Assembly: GCA_965220745.1 (NCBI GenBank)
Contig: CBDCQT010000011.1
Location: 160,001-224,000 of the forward strand
Direction of reading: 5' to 3'
Length of the DNA stretch: 64,000 nt
Source of the DNA: Alphaproteobacteria bacterium
GTDB taxonomy: Bacteria > Pseudomonadota > Alphaproteobacteria > UBA828
Shown here: positions 12,821-22,624 of the stretch, piece after piece
Layout of the letters: every line of letters starts with the position of its first letter
Position numbering within the stretch: position 1 is the first letter of the stretch
Translations under genes and position numbers: made by a program
The notes under the pieces: model-generated
What the model saw: only the letters and a program-made list of their open reading frames with translations
Told to the model about the DNA's origin: nothing
The model's database searches: none

Positions 12821-13918
12821 ATGACCAAGCTGCCGCTGACCGCCGGCGTCGCCGCCGCGGCGTTATTGGCTGCGACCACCGCCTTCGCCGAGGAGGAGGC
12901 CGTCGTCAACGTCTACAACTGGTCGGACTACATCGACGAGGAGATCCTGACCGAGTTCGAGGCCGAGACCGGAATCAAGGTCGTCTACGACGTCTTCGAT
13001 TCCAACAACATCCTCGAGACCAAGCTGCTCACCGGCAGCACCGGCTACGACGTGGTGGTGCCGAGCGGGACCTTCCTCGCGCGCCAGATTCAGGCGGGCA
13101 TCTTCCAGCCCCTCGACAAGAGCCAGCTCGCGAACCTCGGCAACCTGGACGAGACCATCATGTCGGTCGTGAGCCAGTGGGACCCGGACAACCAGTACGC
13201 CATCAATTACATGTGGGGCACCACGGGCTTCGGCTACAACATCGACAAGATCGCCGAACGCGACGCGGAAGCGCCCACCGGCTCCTGGGGCATGCTCTTC
13301 GACCCGGACGTGGTCGCGCAGTTCGCCGACTGCGGCGTCTACATGATGGACGAGCCGGACGAGGTGGTCCCGGCCGTGCTCAACTACATCGGCGAGGACC
13401 CCAACAGCCACGACACCGACGTGATCGCCAAGGTCGAGCCGGTGATGCTGGCGATCCGGCCGCACATCCGGCGCTTCCACAACTCGGCCCAGATCAACGA
13501 TCTCGCGAACGGCGACATCTGCCTCACCATGGGCTGGTCGGGCGACATGCTGCAGGCCCGTGACCGCGCCTGGGAGGCCGAGAACAACGTCGAGATCGCC
13601 TACGTGATCCCGGACGAGGGCGCGCTGTCGTGGTTCGACATGATGGCGATCCCGGCGGACGCGCCGCATCCCGGCAACGCGCACACGTTCCTGGACTACA
13701 TCATGCGGCCCGAGGTGATCGCCAAGGCGTCTAACTACGTCTACTACGCCAACGGCAACGCCGCCTCGACGCCGCTGCTGGACGCCGAGATCACCGAGGA
13801 TCCCGGCATCTACCCGACCGAGGAAGCGAGGAAGGGGCTCTACGTAACCAACCCCTATCCGCAGAAGGTGTCGCGCTTCATCACGCGGATGTGGACCCGC
13901 ATCAAGGGCGCGGAGTAG
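12821..13918 (+). CDS. potF: Putrescine/polyamine ABC transporter substrate-binding protein
   Basis: Signal peptide, VYNWSDYI, YDVFDSN, YMWGTTG, GWSGD, FDMMAIPADA. Confidence 0.9.
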   Translation: MTKLPLTAGVAAAALLAATTAFAEEEAVVNVYNWSDYIDEEILTEFEAETGIKVVYDVFDSNNILETKLLTGSTGYDVVVPSGTFLARQIQAGIFQPLDKSQLANLGNLDETIMSVVSQWDPDNQYAINYMWGTTGFGYNIDKIAERDAEAPTGSWGMLFDPDVVAQFADCGVYMMDEPDEVVPAVLNYIGEDPNSHDTDVIAKVEPVMLAIRPHIRRFHNSAQINDLANGDICLTMGWSGDMLQARDRAWEAENNVEIAYVIPDEGALSWFDMMAIPADAPHPGNAHTFLDYIMRPEVIAKASNYVYYANGNAASTPLLDAEITEDPGIYPTEEARKGLYVTNPYPQKVSRFITRMWTRIKGAE

Positions 13919-13951
13919 GCGCGACGCTCACACCGCACGGGCACGGCGCCC

Positions 13952-15100
13952 GTGAGCCGGCGGCCTGAGCACGCCGGGGGAAAGGCTTCGCCTGCCCCCG
14001 GCGGCGAGGCCGCCTTCCTCCGCATCGAAGGCGTCAGCAAGAGCTTCGGGAGCGTCACCGCCGTCGATAACGTCTCGCTCGATATCGCGCGGGGCGAGTT
14101 CTTCGCCCTACTCGGGCCCTCCGGCTGCGGCAAGACCACGCTGCTGCGCATGCTCGCGGGTTTCGAGACCCCGAGCGCCGGCGCGCTGCTGCTCGAGGAC
14201 GTGGACCTCGCCGCGCTGCCGCCCTATCGGCGGCCGGTCAACATGATGTTCCAGTCCTACGCGCTCTTTCCGCACATGAGCGTCGCCAGCAACGTCGCCT
14301 TCGGGCTGCGCCAGGACCGGGTGCCCAGGGCCGAGATCGCCGCACGGGTGGAAGAGGCGCTGGCGCTGGTGGAGCTCTCGCCGCTCGCGCGCCGCAAGCC
14401 GCATCAGCTCTCCGGCGGCCAGCGCCAGCGCGTGGCGCTCGCCCGCAGCCTGGTCAAGCGGCCCAAGCTGCTGCTGCTGGACGAGCCGCTCGCCGCGCTC
14501 GACAAGAAGCTCCGCGAGCAGACCCAGTTCGAGCTGATGGCGATCCAGCAGCGTGTCGGCATCACCTTCGTGATCGTCACCCACGATCAGGACGAGGCGA
14601 TGACGGTGGCCGACCGCATCGCGGTGATGGAGGAGGGGCGTATTGCCCAGGTGGACACGCCGTCCGCGATCTACGAGGCACCCCGCTCGCGCTACGTGGC
14701 CGAGTTCATCGGCGACGTGAACATCTTCGAAGGACGCGCCAGCGCCGTGAACGGCAACGATCTAACGGTCGAGCTTGCGGACGCACCGGACGACCTTGCG
14801 GCACCGGCGCGCGCTGACGGCCCTGCCGCCGGCGATCCCGTGATGCTCGCGGTGCGGCCGGAGAAGATCGAGATCGCCCCGGAGCCGCTGCCGCCCGGCA
14901 CCGCCAACGCCATGGCGGGCGAGGTGACCGAGATCGCCTATCTCGGCAGCGTCTCCACCTATCGCGTGCGTCTCGACAGCGGCAAGACGGTGGTGTCGAC
15001 CCACACCAACCGCCTCCGCGACGGCGGCGCGGCCATCGACCGGGGCGCGCGGGTTCATCTCTCTTGGCCGGTCGAGGCGAGCATCCTGCTTCGCTCATGA
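13952..15100 (+). CDS. potG: Polyamine ABC transporter ATPase
   Basis: GPSGCGKT, RRPVNMMFQSYALFPHM, LSGGQ, LLLLDEP, VTHDQDEA, TOBE tail. Confidence 0.9.
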   Translation: MSRRPEHAGGKASPAPGGEAAFLRIEGVSKSFGSVTAVDNVSLDIARGEFFALLGPSGCGKTTLLRMLAGFETPSAGALLLEDVDLAALPPYRRPVNMMFQSYALFPHMSVASNVAFGLRQDRVPRAEIAARVEEALALVELSPLARRKPHQLSGGQRQRVALARSLVKRPKLLLLDEPLAALDKKLREQTQFELMAIQQRVGITFVIVTHDQDEAMTVADRIAVMEEGRIAQVDTPSAIYEAPRSRYVAEFIGDVNIFEGRASAVNGNDLTVELADAPDDLAAPARADGPAAGDPVMLAVRPEKIEIAPEPLPPGTANAMAGEVTEIAYLGSVSTYRVRLDSGKTVVSTHTNRLRDGGAAIDRGARVHLSWPVEASILLRS

Positions 15101-16035
15101 ACGCGAAGCGCGAGCCGAAACCCCGTCGGCAGCGCGCGGGCCGGGGCCTGTTCGGGCGCGGCTCGGTGATCGCGAGCCCCTATCTCTGGCTGCTCTTCTT
15201 CTTCCTCGTGCCCTTCGTGATCGTGCTCAAGATCAGCGTGGCCGAGGTCCAGCTCGCCATTCCCCCCTACACGCCGCTCTTCGCCTGGCCCGAGGGCGGC
15301 TCTTTCGAGCTCTTCGCCGTGGGTGACAACTACCGGCTCCTGATCGAGGACAGCCTCTACATCCGGGCCTACGCCAACAGCCTCAAGATCGCGGCGATCT
15401 CGACTGCGCTTGCGCTGCTGGTGGGTTTCCCCATCGCCTACGCCATGGCCCGCGCGCCCCGCGCCTGGCAGGCGAGCCTGGTGATGCTGGTGATCCTGCC
15501 CTTCTGGACCTCGTTCCTGATCCGGGTCTATGCCTGGATCGGGATCCTCAAGAACGAGGGGATGCTCAACGGGGTGCTGCGCTGGATCGGCGTGATCGAC
15601 AGGCCGCTGATCATCCTCAACACCGACATCGCGGTCTACATCGGCATCGTCTACTCCTACCTGCCGTTCATGGTCCTGCCGCTCTACGCCAACCTGGTGC
15701 GGATGGACCGCTCGCTGCTGGAGGCCGCGGCCGACCTCGGCTGCCGCCCGGCCGGTGCGTTCTGGAAGATCACCGTGCCCCTGGCGCGGCCGGGCATCGT
15801 CGCCGGCTGCTTCCTGGTGTTCATCCCGGCGGTCGGCGAGTTCGTGATCCCCGACCTGCTCGGCGGCTCCGGCACGCTGATGATCGGGCGCATTCTCTGG
15901 ACCGAGTTCTTCAGCAACCGCGACTGGCCGGTGGCGTCGGCTGTCGCCGTGATCCTGCTGCTGGTGCTGATCGTGCCCATCGTGCTGTTCCAGCGCCACC
16001 AGCAGCGCCAGCGCGAGCGGGAGGTAGGGGCCTGA
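15097..16035 (+). CDS. potH: Polyamine ABC transporter permease
   Basis: LPFWTSFLIRVYAW, EAAADLG, FIPAVGEFVIPDLLGG. Confidence 0.9.
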   Translation: MNAKREPKPRRQRAGRGLFGRGSVIASPYLWLLFFFLVPFVIVLKISVAEVQLAIPPYTPLFAWPEGGSFELFAVGDNYRLLIEDSLYIRAYANSLKIAAISTALALLVGFPIAYAMARAPRAWQASLVMLVILPFWTSFLIRVYAWIGILKNEGMLNGVLRWIGVIDRPLIILNTDIAVYIGIVYSYLPFMVLPLYANLVRMDRSLLEAAADLGCRPAGAFWKITVPLARPGIVAGCFLVFIPAVGEFVIPDLLGGSGTLMIGRILWTEFFSNRDWPVASAVAVILLLVLIVPIVLFQRHQQRQREREVGA

Positions 16036-16850
16036 TGCGGCAGGGGCTCAGCGGGGTCAACCTGGTGGCGCTCACCCTGGGCTTCGCCTTCCTCTACATC
16101 CCGATCCTTCTGCTCATCATCTATTCCTTCAACGAGTCCAAGCTCGTGACCGTCTGGGCCGGGTTCTCCACCAAGTGGTACGCCGCGATGGTGCAGAACG
16201 AGCTGCTGCTCGACGCCGCCTGGATGACACTGAAGGTCGCCTTCGTCTCTTCTAGCGTGGCGCTGGTTCTCGGCACGCTCGCAGGCCTCGCGCTGGCCCG
16301 GCTCGGGCGCTTCCCCGGCCGCACGCTGTTCTCAGGCATGGTCTACGCGCCGCTGGTCATGCCCGAGGTCATCACCGGCCTCTCCATGCTGCTGCTCTTT
16401 GTCGCGCTCTCCTGGGCGCGCGGCTACTGGACCGTGACGGTGGCGCACATCACGTTCTCGATGGCCTATGTGGCGGTGGTGGTGCAGTCGCGGCTACTCA
16501 CCATGGACCGCTCGCTGGAGGAGGCGGCGATGGACCTGGGCGCGCCGCCGGTCAAGACCTTCTTCGCGGTCACGCTGCCGATCATCAGCCCGGCGCTGGT
16601 GGCGGGCTGGCTGCTGGCGTTCACGCTCTCGCTCGATGACCTGGTGATCGCGTCGTTCACCAGCGGGCCCGGCTCGACGACGCTGCCGATGAAGATCTAT
16701 TCCCAGGTGCGCCTGGGCGTGACGCCGGAGATCAACGCGGTCTCCACTGTGTTGGTGGGGATCGTCGCCACCGGCGTCATCGCCGCCAGCCTCATCAACA
16801 AGCGCGCCATGGTCATCCGCGAGCGGGAGGCGCAGGCGGCAGCGCCATAG
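16035..16850 (+). CDS. potI: Polyamine ABC transporter permease
   Basis: PLVMPEVITGLS, EEAAMDLGA, FTLSLDDLVIASF. Confidence 0.9.
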   Translation: MRQGLSGVNLVALTLGFAFLYIPILLLIIYSFNESKLVTVWAGFSTKWYAAMVQNELLLDAAWMTLKVAFVSSSVALVLGTLAGLALARLGRFPGRTLFSGMVYAPLVMPEVITGLSMLLLFVALSWARGYWTVTVAHITFSMAYVAVVVQSRLLTMDRSLEEAAMDLGAPPVKTFFAVTLPIISPALVAGWLLAFTLSLDDLVIASFTSGPGSTTLPMKIYSQVRLGVTPEINAVSTVLVGIVATGVIAASLINKRAMVIREREAQAAAP

Positions 16851-16868
16851 CGCCCGCGGACTCGGCCT

Positions 16869-18179
16869 CTACAGCCGGTCGCGGAGCGCTCCGTAGGCGA
16901 GCGCGAGCGCAAGCGTCGGCCAGCGCAGGAACCGACCTCCGGGGAAGGGCGGCTGCGGCAGGCGGGCGAAGACATCGAAGCGCTCCAACGTGCCGGCGAT
17001 GGCCTCGGCGATGAGCGCGCCGCCTAGCGTCGCCAGCGCCACGCCGTGGCCGGAGTAGCCCTGGCCGTAGTAAAGCCCGCTCGGGAGCCGGCCGATACTT
17101 GGCATTCGGGTCCGCGTGATGGCCAGCGTCCCGCCCCACACGTGATCGACGCCCACATCGGCGAGCTGGGGAAAGATGCGCAACATGCACCGCCGCACGA
17201 GCGGGCCTGGGTCGGCAGGGAGGCGACTGCTCGCGGTTTCCCCGCCGCCGAAGAGGAGCCGCCCGTCGGCCGAGAGGCGAAAGTAGTTCACCACGAAGCG
17301 GGTATCGACCACGGCAACGTCATTGGGGATCAAGGCGCGGGCACGCTCTTCGCCGAGCGGCTCCGTCGCCAGGATGAAGTTGTTGATCGGCATGACGCGC
17401 TTGCCGCAGCCGGGATCCAGCGCGTCGAGATAGCCGTTGCAGCCGAGCACGACCGCATCCGCGGTGACGGTGTGCGGCCCGGCCGAGATCGTGCAGGACG
17501 CGCCGGTCGCAAGCCCGGTGACGGGCGTCCCCTCGTAGATATCGACCCCCGCGTCTGCGGCAGCACGGGCGAGGCCGCGCGCATAGTTGAGCGGGTGCAG
17601 GTGGCCCGCGCCCCGGTCCAGAAGACCGCCCCAGAAATCTCCGGAATCTACTTCGGCGCGCAGCGCCGCGCGGTCCAACACCTCGATCTGGTCGTAGCCG
17701 TAGCGGGCACGGAGATGGTCCGCCTCACGGACCAGCGCCCGGGCATGGCGGGGCCGGTGCGCGGCGATGGCGATGCCAGGCTTGAGATCGCATTCGATCC
17801 CGTGGCGAGCGACACGATCGCGCACCAGCGCCTTCGCCTCCTCGGCCATGGACCAGAGAAGTCGTGCCCGCTCTTCACCAAGCTCGCGCTCCAGGGTGGG
17901 CTGATCGCGTCGGTGCCCGCTGCCGAGTTGCCCGCCGTTGCGCCCAGAGGCGCCGTTGCCGATTCGCCGCGCCTCCAGCAGGACCACGCAAAAGCCGCGC
18001 TCGGCGAGGTGGAGCGCACAGGAGAGACCCGTATAGCCGCCGCCGATGACGCAAACATCGGCGCGCACGTCGCCGTCGAGCGCAGGCCAGGTGGGGTTCG
18101 TCCGCGCGCTCGCCTCGTACCAGGTGGGCGCGGCGACGTCGTGCTGAGCGTAGCGCCTGGCGCGGCCCGGTACTGCCAT
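16869..18179 (-). CDS. puuB: FAD-dependent oxidoreductase, gamma-glutamylputrescine oxidase (PuuB-like)
   Basis: IGGGYTGLS, GASGRNGGQ, HLHPLNY, GYSGHGV; start overlaps the stop of the puuA-like gene (TGATG). Confidence 0.75.
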   Translation of the reverse strand: MAVPGRARRYAQHDVAAPTWYEASARTNPTWPALDGDVRADVCVIGGGYTGLSCALHLAERGFCVVLLEARRIGNGASGRNGGQLGSGHRRDQPTLERELGEERARLLWSMAEEAKALVRDRVARHGIECDLKPGIAIAAHRPRHARALVREADHLRARYGYDQIEVLDRAALRAEVDSGDFWGGLLDRGAGHLHPLNYARGLARAAADAGVDIYEGTPVTGLATGASCTISAGPHTVTADAVVLGCNGYLDALDPGCGKRVMPINNFILATEPLGEERARALIPNDVAVVDTRFVVNYFRLSADGRLLFGGGETASSRLPADPGPLVRRCMLRIFPQLADVGVDHVWGGTLAITRTRMPSIGRLPSGLYYGQGYSGHGVALATLGGALIAEAIAGTLERFDVFARLPQPPFPGGRFLRWPTLALALAYGALRDRL

Positions 18180-19537
18180 CACACGGCGAGCAGGAGGAAC
18201 TTGCGCTCCCAGGAGCTGACGACGCGCAGGTAGGCGTCGTATTCGGCGCGCACCACTTCGGTGAGGCCCTTGACGAAGAGATCGCCGAACATGGCACACG
18301 CCTCGTCCGAGGATTCGAACTGCTCCAGCGCGGTCCTGAGATCGAGCGGCAGCGTCTCGAACGCGCCGGTCTCCTCACCCTCCACTGGCGGCGAGGGCTC
18401 GAGTTCTTGCGTCATGCCGAGATAGCCGGCGGCCAGTGTGGCCGCGATGGCGAGGTAGGGGTTGGTATCTGAACCCGGCAGGCGGTTCTCGACCCGGCGG
18501 TTCTGGGGCGGCGCGTCCGGCACGCGTAGACCGGCGATGCGGTTGTCGTAGCCCCAGCCGACGTTGAACGGCTTGCTCGCGCCGAAGCGAAGCCGGCGAT
18601 AGGAGTTGACGTTGGGCGCCATGAGCGGCGTGAAGACGGGCAGGAAGCGCTGCAGTCCGCCGAGATAGTGGCAGAACGCCTCCGACTCACTGCCCGTCTC
18701 ATCCGAGAAGAGCGGCCGGCGGTCCGCGCCCTCGTAGACCGACTGGTGCACGTGCATGGCGCTGCCCGGCTCGCTCTGCATCGGTTTCGCCATGAAGGTG
18801 GCGTAGAAGCCGTGGCGTTGGGCCGTCTGGCGCACCGTGCGCTTGAAGACGAACACCTGGTCGGCGAGTCGCAGCGCCTCGCCGTGGCGGAAGTTGATCT
18901 CGACCTGCCCGGCCCCGCTCTCGTGATTGAGCGTGTCGATGTCGAGCTCCTGGGCCTCGCAATAGTCGTAGAGGTCCACGAAGAAGGGATCGAACTCGTT
19001 GACCGCGTCGATGCCGAACTCCTGGCGCCCAGCCTCGCGCCGGCCCGAGGCGCCGATGGGCGGCTTGAGCGGCTGATCGGGATCGGTGTTCTTCTCCACC
19101 AGGTAGAACTCGATCTCCGGTGCGATGACCGGGTGCCAGCCGCGCTCGGCGAAGCGCTCCAGCAGGCTTGCGAGCACGCGGCGGGAGTAGAAGGGCGAAT
19201 GACCGCCGTTGCGCAGCACGCAATCGGCGACGACCTGCGCCGTGGGCTCGTCGTACCAGGGCACCAGGGTGAGCGTCGCGGGGTCTGGCTCCAGCACGAA
19301 GTCTCCGTCGCTCACGTCGATGGAGACAGCGCCCGGCGGCGGGAAGTCGCCGGTGAGCGTGTGGACGAGGACGTTCTTGGGCAGCCGGTGCTGGCCGCCG
19401 GTGAGTCCCTCGATGAACTTGTCCGTGGGCAGAATCTTGCCGCGTGGCACGCCGGCGAGGTCGGGCACGATGCACTCGACCTCGACAATGTTCCGCTCTT
19501 TGAGCCAGGCCTCGATCGCCCGGTGTCCGTCGCTCAT
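18179..19537 (-). CDS. puuA: Glutamine synthetase-family gamma-glutamyl-polyamine ligase (PuuA-like)
   Basis: PEIEFYL, HESGAGQVEIN, ATFMAKP, GSAMHVHQS, RVENRLPGSDTNPYL; polyamine gene context. Confidence 0.75.
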   Translation of the reverse strand: MSDGHRAIEAWLKERNIVEVECIVPDLAGVPRGKILPTDKFIEGLTGGQHRLPKNVLVHTLTGDFPPPGAVSIDVSDGDFVLEPDPATLTLVPWYDEPTAQVVADCVLRNGGHSPFYSRRVLASLLERFAERGWHPVIAPEIEFYLVEKNTDPDQPLKPPIGASGRREAGRQEFGIDAVNEFDPFFVDLYDYCEAQELDIDTLNHESGAGQVEINFRHGEALRLADQVFVFKRTVRQTAQRHGFYATFMAKPMQSEPGSAMHVHQSVYEGADRRPLFSDETGSESEAFCHYLGGLQRFLPVFTPLMAPNVNSYRRLRFGASKPFNVGWGYDNRIAGLRVPDAPPQNRRVENRLPGSDTNPYLAIAATLAAGYLGMTQELEPSPPVEGEETGAFETLPLDLRTALEQFESSDEACAMFGDLFVKGLTEVVRAEYDAYLRVVSSWERKFLLLAV

Positions 19538-19580
19538 GCGTCCTCTCCGACACCTATATTGGCTCGCGAGCGGCTAATTT

Positions 19581-21482
19581 CTAGCGCTCGCCGCGATTGC
19601 CGAAGAGCATCGTGACGTTGATGCGCCGGTTCTCGTAGCCGGGTCGGAAGTCGAGATCGTCGGTGCGGTGGAAGAGGTCGGAATCGAAGATCACCACGCG
19701 GTTCCGCCGATAGGGCACCGTCACCGGCTCGTCGCCGGTTTCCTCCAGGAACTGCGTCATGCGGGCGCTGTCGGCATTGTAGGTGCGGAAGGCCCAGTCC
19801 GATGGCGCGTGGGCCTTGTGAACGACGAGCCCGCCGGAGGAGGGATCGCGGTTCGCCTCATCGGGTGTCACCCAGAAGTTGACGTTGACCGCGGCGAAGT
19901 CGGCGTGGGTGGCGATCCCTTGAAGCCTGGAATCGTACTTGTAGGCCCAGAGCTGTTCCAGCCGATGGGGTCCGAAGATGCCTGGGAGACTCGCGCGCAG
20001 CTCGTCCGCGATTTGGAGCGCGAGCCCGGTGCCGAAGCCGTCCACTAGATAGGCGCCGAGGTAGCCGTGCTTCACCTGATACCAGACGGTGGCATCGAGG
20101 CAGAAGCGCCACAGCCTCTCCAAAGCTTCCGCAGCTAGGAAGTCGTCGACGACAACCAGATTGGGCGCGCTATCGCGGTAAGCCTGTTCAATGGCTGTCG
20201 TATCGAGATCGGGGTTGACGGCGCCGACGGATGCGGTCGCGGCCTCGGGGAGGTAGAGCGGGCGGTTGTAGGCCGGCGCGATGCGCCGCCACTCCCGATC
20301 GCCGAGAGTGATCGGTTCGTCCGGAGGGGTATCGGAGGGCAACGCCGCGAGCACCTGTTCGTAGGTGTCGGCAACCTTGTCGAACGACGGATCTATGCGG
20401 CCGTCGCTGCAGAGCCGGCGGATCTGCTCGGCGTCGTGCTGCAGCTTGAACGGAGCAACCGGGATTGCTGGCCGTTCGTCCCGCTGGGTCAGCAGGGCAG
20501 GTGTCAGCGGCGGGCCGTGGCGGCGCTCGGCCGCTCGGCCGAAGCAGGCGAGCGCTGCTGCGGCATCGCCGCGGGCCACGTGAACCATGCCGAGATTGGC
20601 GCGGTAGGTCGCGTTCTCCGGCTTCAGCTCAAGCGCGCGCTCCAGGCTCGCGACCGCCTCGTCTTCGCGGCCGAGGCGCTTGAGGGCGTTGCCGAGATTG
20701 GCATACGCCGCCGCGTACGCGGGATCAAGGGCGATGGCCTCGCGGTAGGCGGCCTCCGCCTCCGCCACGCGGTGGAGGTCCTGCAGCACGTTGCCGAGAT
20801 TGGCGTGCGCCGCCGCAAGCTGCGGGTCGAGGTCGATGGCACGGCGAAGGCTGGCCTCGGCCTCCTCCAACGCGCCGACCTCCTGCAACGCGTTGCCGAG
20901 GTCGGAACGCACGCTCGCCGCATCCCCGTTGAGCGCAACCGCCTGCCGCAGTGCGGCTACTGCGTCCTCCGCCCGACCGATTTCCAACAGCGCGAGGCCG
21001 AGCTCCGATTGCGCCGGCCCGTGATCGGGGCGGATCGCGAGCGCCCTCTCGAACCATTCGACCGCGTCGACTGGGCGGCCCGCAGCGCGCAACGCGTGAC
21101 CGAAGTTGTAGCGGATGTCGGCGTTGCTCTTGTCGAAGGCGGCGGCGCGGCGGTAGTGCGCCTCGGCCTCGTCGAAGCGGCCCAATCCATTGAAGACGTT
21201 GGCGAGGTCGTTCAGGAAGCCCGCGTTGCGCGGTGCCCGGCGCGTGGCCTTGGTCAGAAGCGGCAGCGCCTCCTCAAGCCGGCCCGCCTGGGCATGGAGC
21301 ACGCCGAAGAGGTGCAACGCGTCCGCATGGCCAGGGCTCTGGCGCAGGACCCGCTGGTAGAGCGCCGCGGCCGCCTCCACCCGACCCGCGCGATGATGGG
21401 CGAGCGCGGCCCGAAGCATGTCGTCGACCGGGCCGGCGCTACCGCTCTGTCCCTTGGCCCGCCGTCGTTCGCGTCGGGTCAT
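19581..21482 (-). CDS. TPR-repeat protein with C-terminal 2OG-Fe(II) oxygenase-like domain
   Basis: Several 34-aa repeats (AAAHANLGNVLQDL, AAAYANLGNALKRL), then HADF...NRVVIFDSDLFH...RRINVT. Confidence 0.8.
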   Translation of the reverse strand: MTRRERRRAKGQSGSAGPVDDMLRAALAHHRAGRVEAAAALYQRVLRQSPGHADALHLFGVLHAQAGRLEEALPLLTKATRRAPRNAGFLNDLANVFNGLGRFDEAEAHYRRAAAFDKSNADIRYNFGHALRAAGRPVDAVEWFERALAIRPDHGPAQSELGLALLEIGRAEDAVAALRQAVALNGDAASVRSDLGNALQEVGALEEAEASLRRAIDLDPQLAAAHANLGNVLQDLHRVAEAEAAYREAIALDPAYAAAYANLGNALKRLGREDEAVASLERALELKPENATYRANLGMVHVARGDAAAALACFGRAAERRHGPPLTPALLTQRDERPAIPVAPFKLQHDAEQIRRLCSDGRIDPSFDKVADTYEQVLAALPSDTPPDEPITLGDREWRRIAPAYNRPLYLPEAATASVGAVNPDLDTTAIEQAYRDSAPNLVVVDDFLAAEALERLWRFCLDATVWYQVKHGYLGAYLVDGFGTGLALQIADELRASLPGIFGPHRLEQLWAYKYDSRLQGIATHADFAAVNVNFWVTPDEANRDPSSGGLVVHKAHAPSDWAFRTYNADSARMTQFLEETGDEPVTVPYRRNRVVIFDSDLFHRTDDLDFRPGYENRRINVTMLFGNRGER

Positions 21483-21531
21483 GGCGTCGTCATGGGAGTT
21501 GGAATATCCGGGCCCGTCGCCGGGCGAACGC

Positions 21532-22617
21532 TTATCCCGCCGCGTTCAGAGCAAGCCCGGATTCGGCGTCGAAGAGCGTAATGCGGTTCGCGCGGAGAGC
21601 GAGACCGACCTGGGCGCCGATAGAGACCGGCTCGTGCACGTCCATGCTCGCCGCCACGTATTCGCGGTTGACCAGCAGGCCATCGGCGCCATCGAGCGTG
21701 ATGAACGCGATGATGACGCCGCCGTAAGATTCGGTGAACTCGATGGTCCCGTCGATGAGGCCCTCGCCCGGCGGATGCAGGATCACGTCCTCGGGCCGGA
21801 TGCCGAGGACGATTGATCCGCTGCCCTCGGCGCTCGCGCCCTCCAGCGCGCGATTGGCGACCGTGACCCTGCCCTCGCTGAGCTCGCCCTTCAGAAAGTT
21901 GATACCGGGGCTGCCGATAAAGTCGGCGACGAACATGTTGGCCGGGCGCTCGTAGATCGTGACCGGATCGGCCACCTGCTGGACCTCGCCCTTGTTGAGC
22001 ACCGCCACGCGGTCGGAGAGGATCAGCGCCTCGGCCTGGTCGTGAGTCACGTAGATCGTCGTCACCTTGTAGGCCTGATGCAGGCGCTTGAGCTCGGTCC
22101 GCATGTGCTCGCGCAGCTTGAGGTCGAGGTTGGAGAGCGGCTCGTCCATCAGGTAGCAGGCGGGGCTACGCACCATGGCCCGGCCGAGAGCGACGCGCTG
22201 GCGCTCGCCGCCTGAGAGCTTGGCCGGCTTGCGGTCGAGCAGCGTCTCGATGTTGAGCAGCTGCGCCGTCTCGCGCGCCTTCTGAACCGCCTCGGCCTTG
22301 GACATGCCGGCGACAGTGAGGCCGAGGGTCATGTTCTGAAGCGCGGTCATGTGCGGATAGAGCGCGTAGGTCTGGAAGACCATCGCCACGTCGCGATCGC
22401 CCGGATTGACGTTGGTGACGTCGCGCTCCCCAATCGCGATGGAGCCTTCGGTCGGCTCCTCCAGCCCTGCGATCAGGCGGAGCGTCGTGGTCTTGCCGCA
22501 TCCCGAGGGCCCGAGCAGGGTCAGGAACTCGCCCTTGGCGATGTCGAGGTCGATCCCCTTGACGGCCTCGGTGCCGTCTCGAAACCGCTTTACCAATCCC
22601 CGGAGCGTGACGTTCAT
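21532..22617 (-). CDS. Carbohydrate ABC transporter ATPase (MalK family)
   Basis: GPSGCGKTT, DRDVAMVFQTYALYPHM, LSGGERQR, MDEPLSNLD. Confidence 0.92.
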   Translation of the reverse strand: MNVTLRGLVKRFRDGTEAVKGIDLDIAKGEFLTLLGPSGCGKTTTLRLIAGLEEPTEGSIAIGERDVTNVNPGDRDVAMVFQTYALYPHMTALQNMTLGLTVAGMSKAEAVQKARETAQLLNIETLLDRKPAKLSGGERQRVALGRAMVRSPACYLMDEPLSNLDLKLREHMRTELKRLHQAYKVTTIYVTHDQAEALILSDRVAVLNKGEVQQVADPVTIYERPANMFVADFIGSPGINFLKGELSEGRVTVANRALEGASAEGSGSIVLGIRPEDVILHPPGEGLIDGTIEFTESYGGVIIAFITLDGADGLLVNREYVAASMDVHEPVSIGAQVGLALRANRITLFDAESGLALNAAG

Positions 22618-22624
22618 GGCGGCC

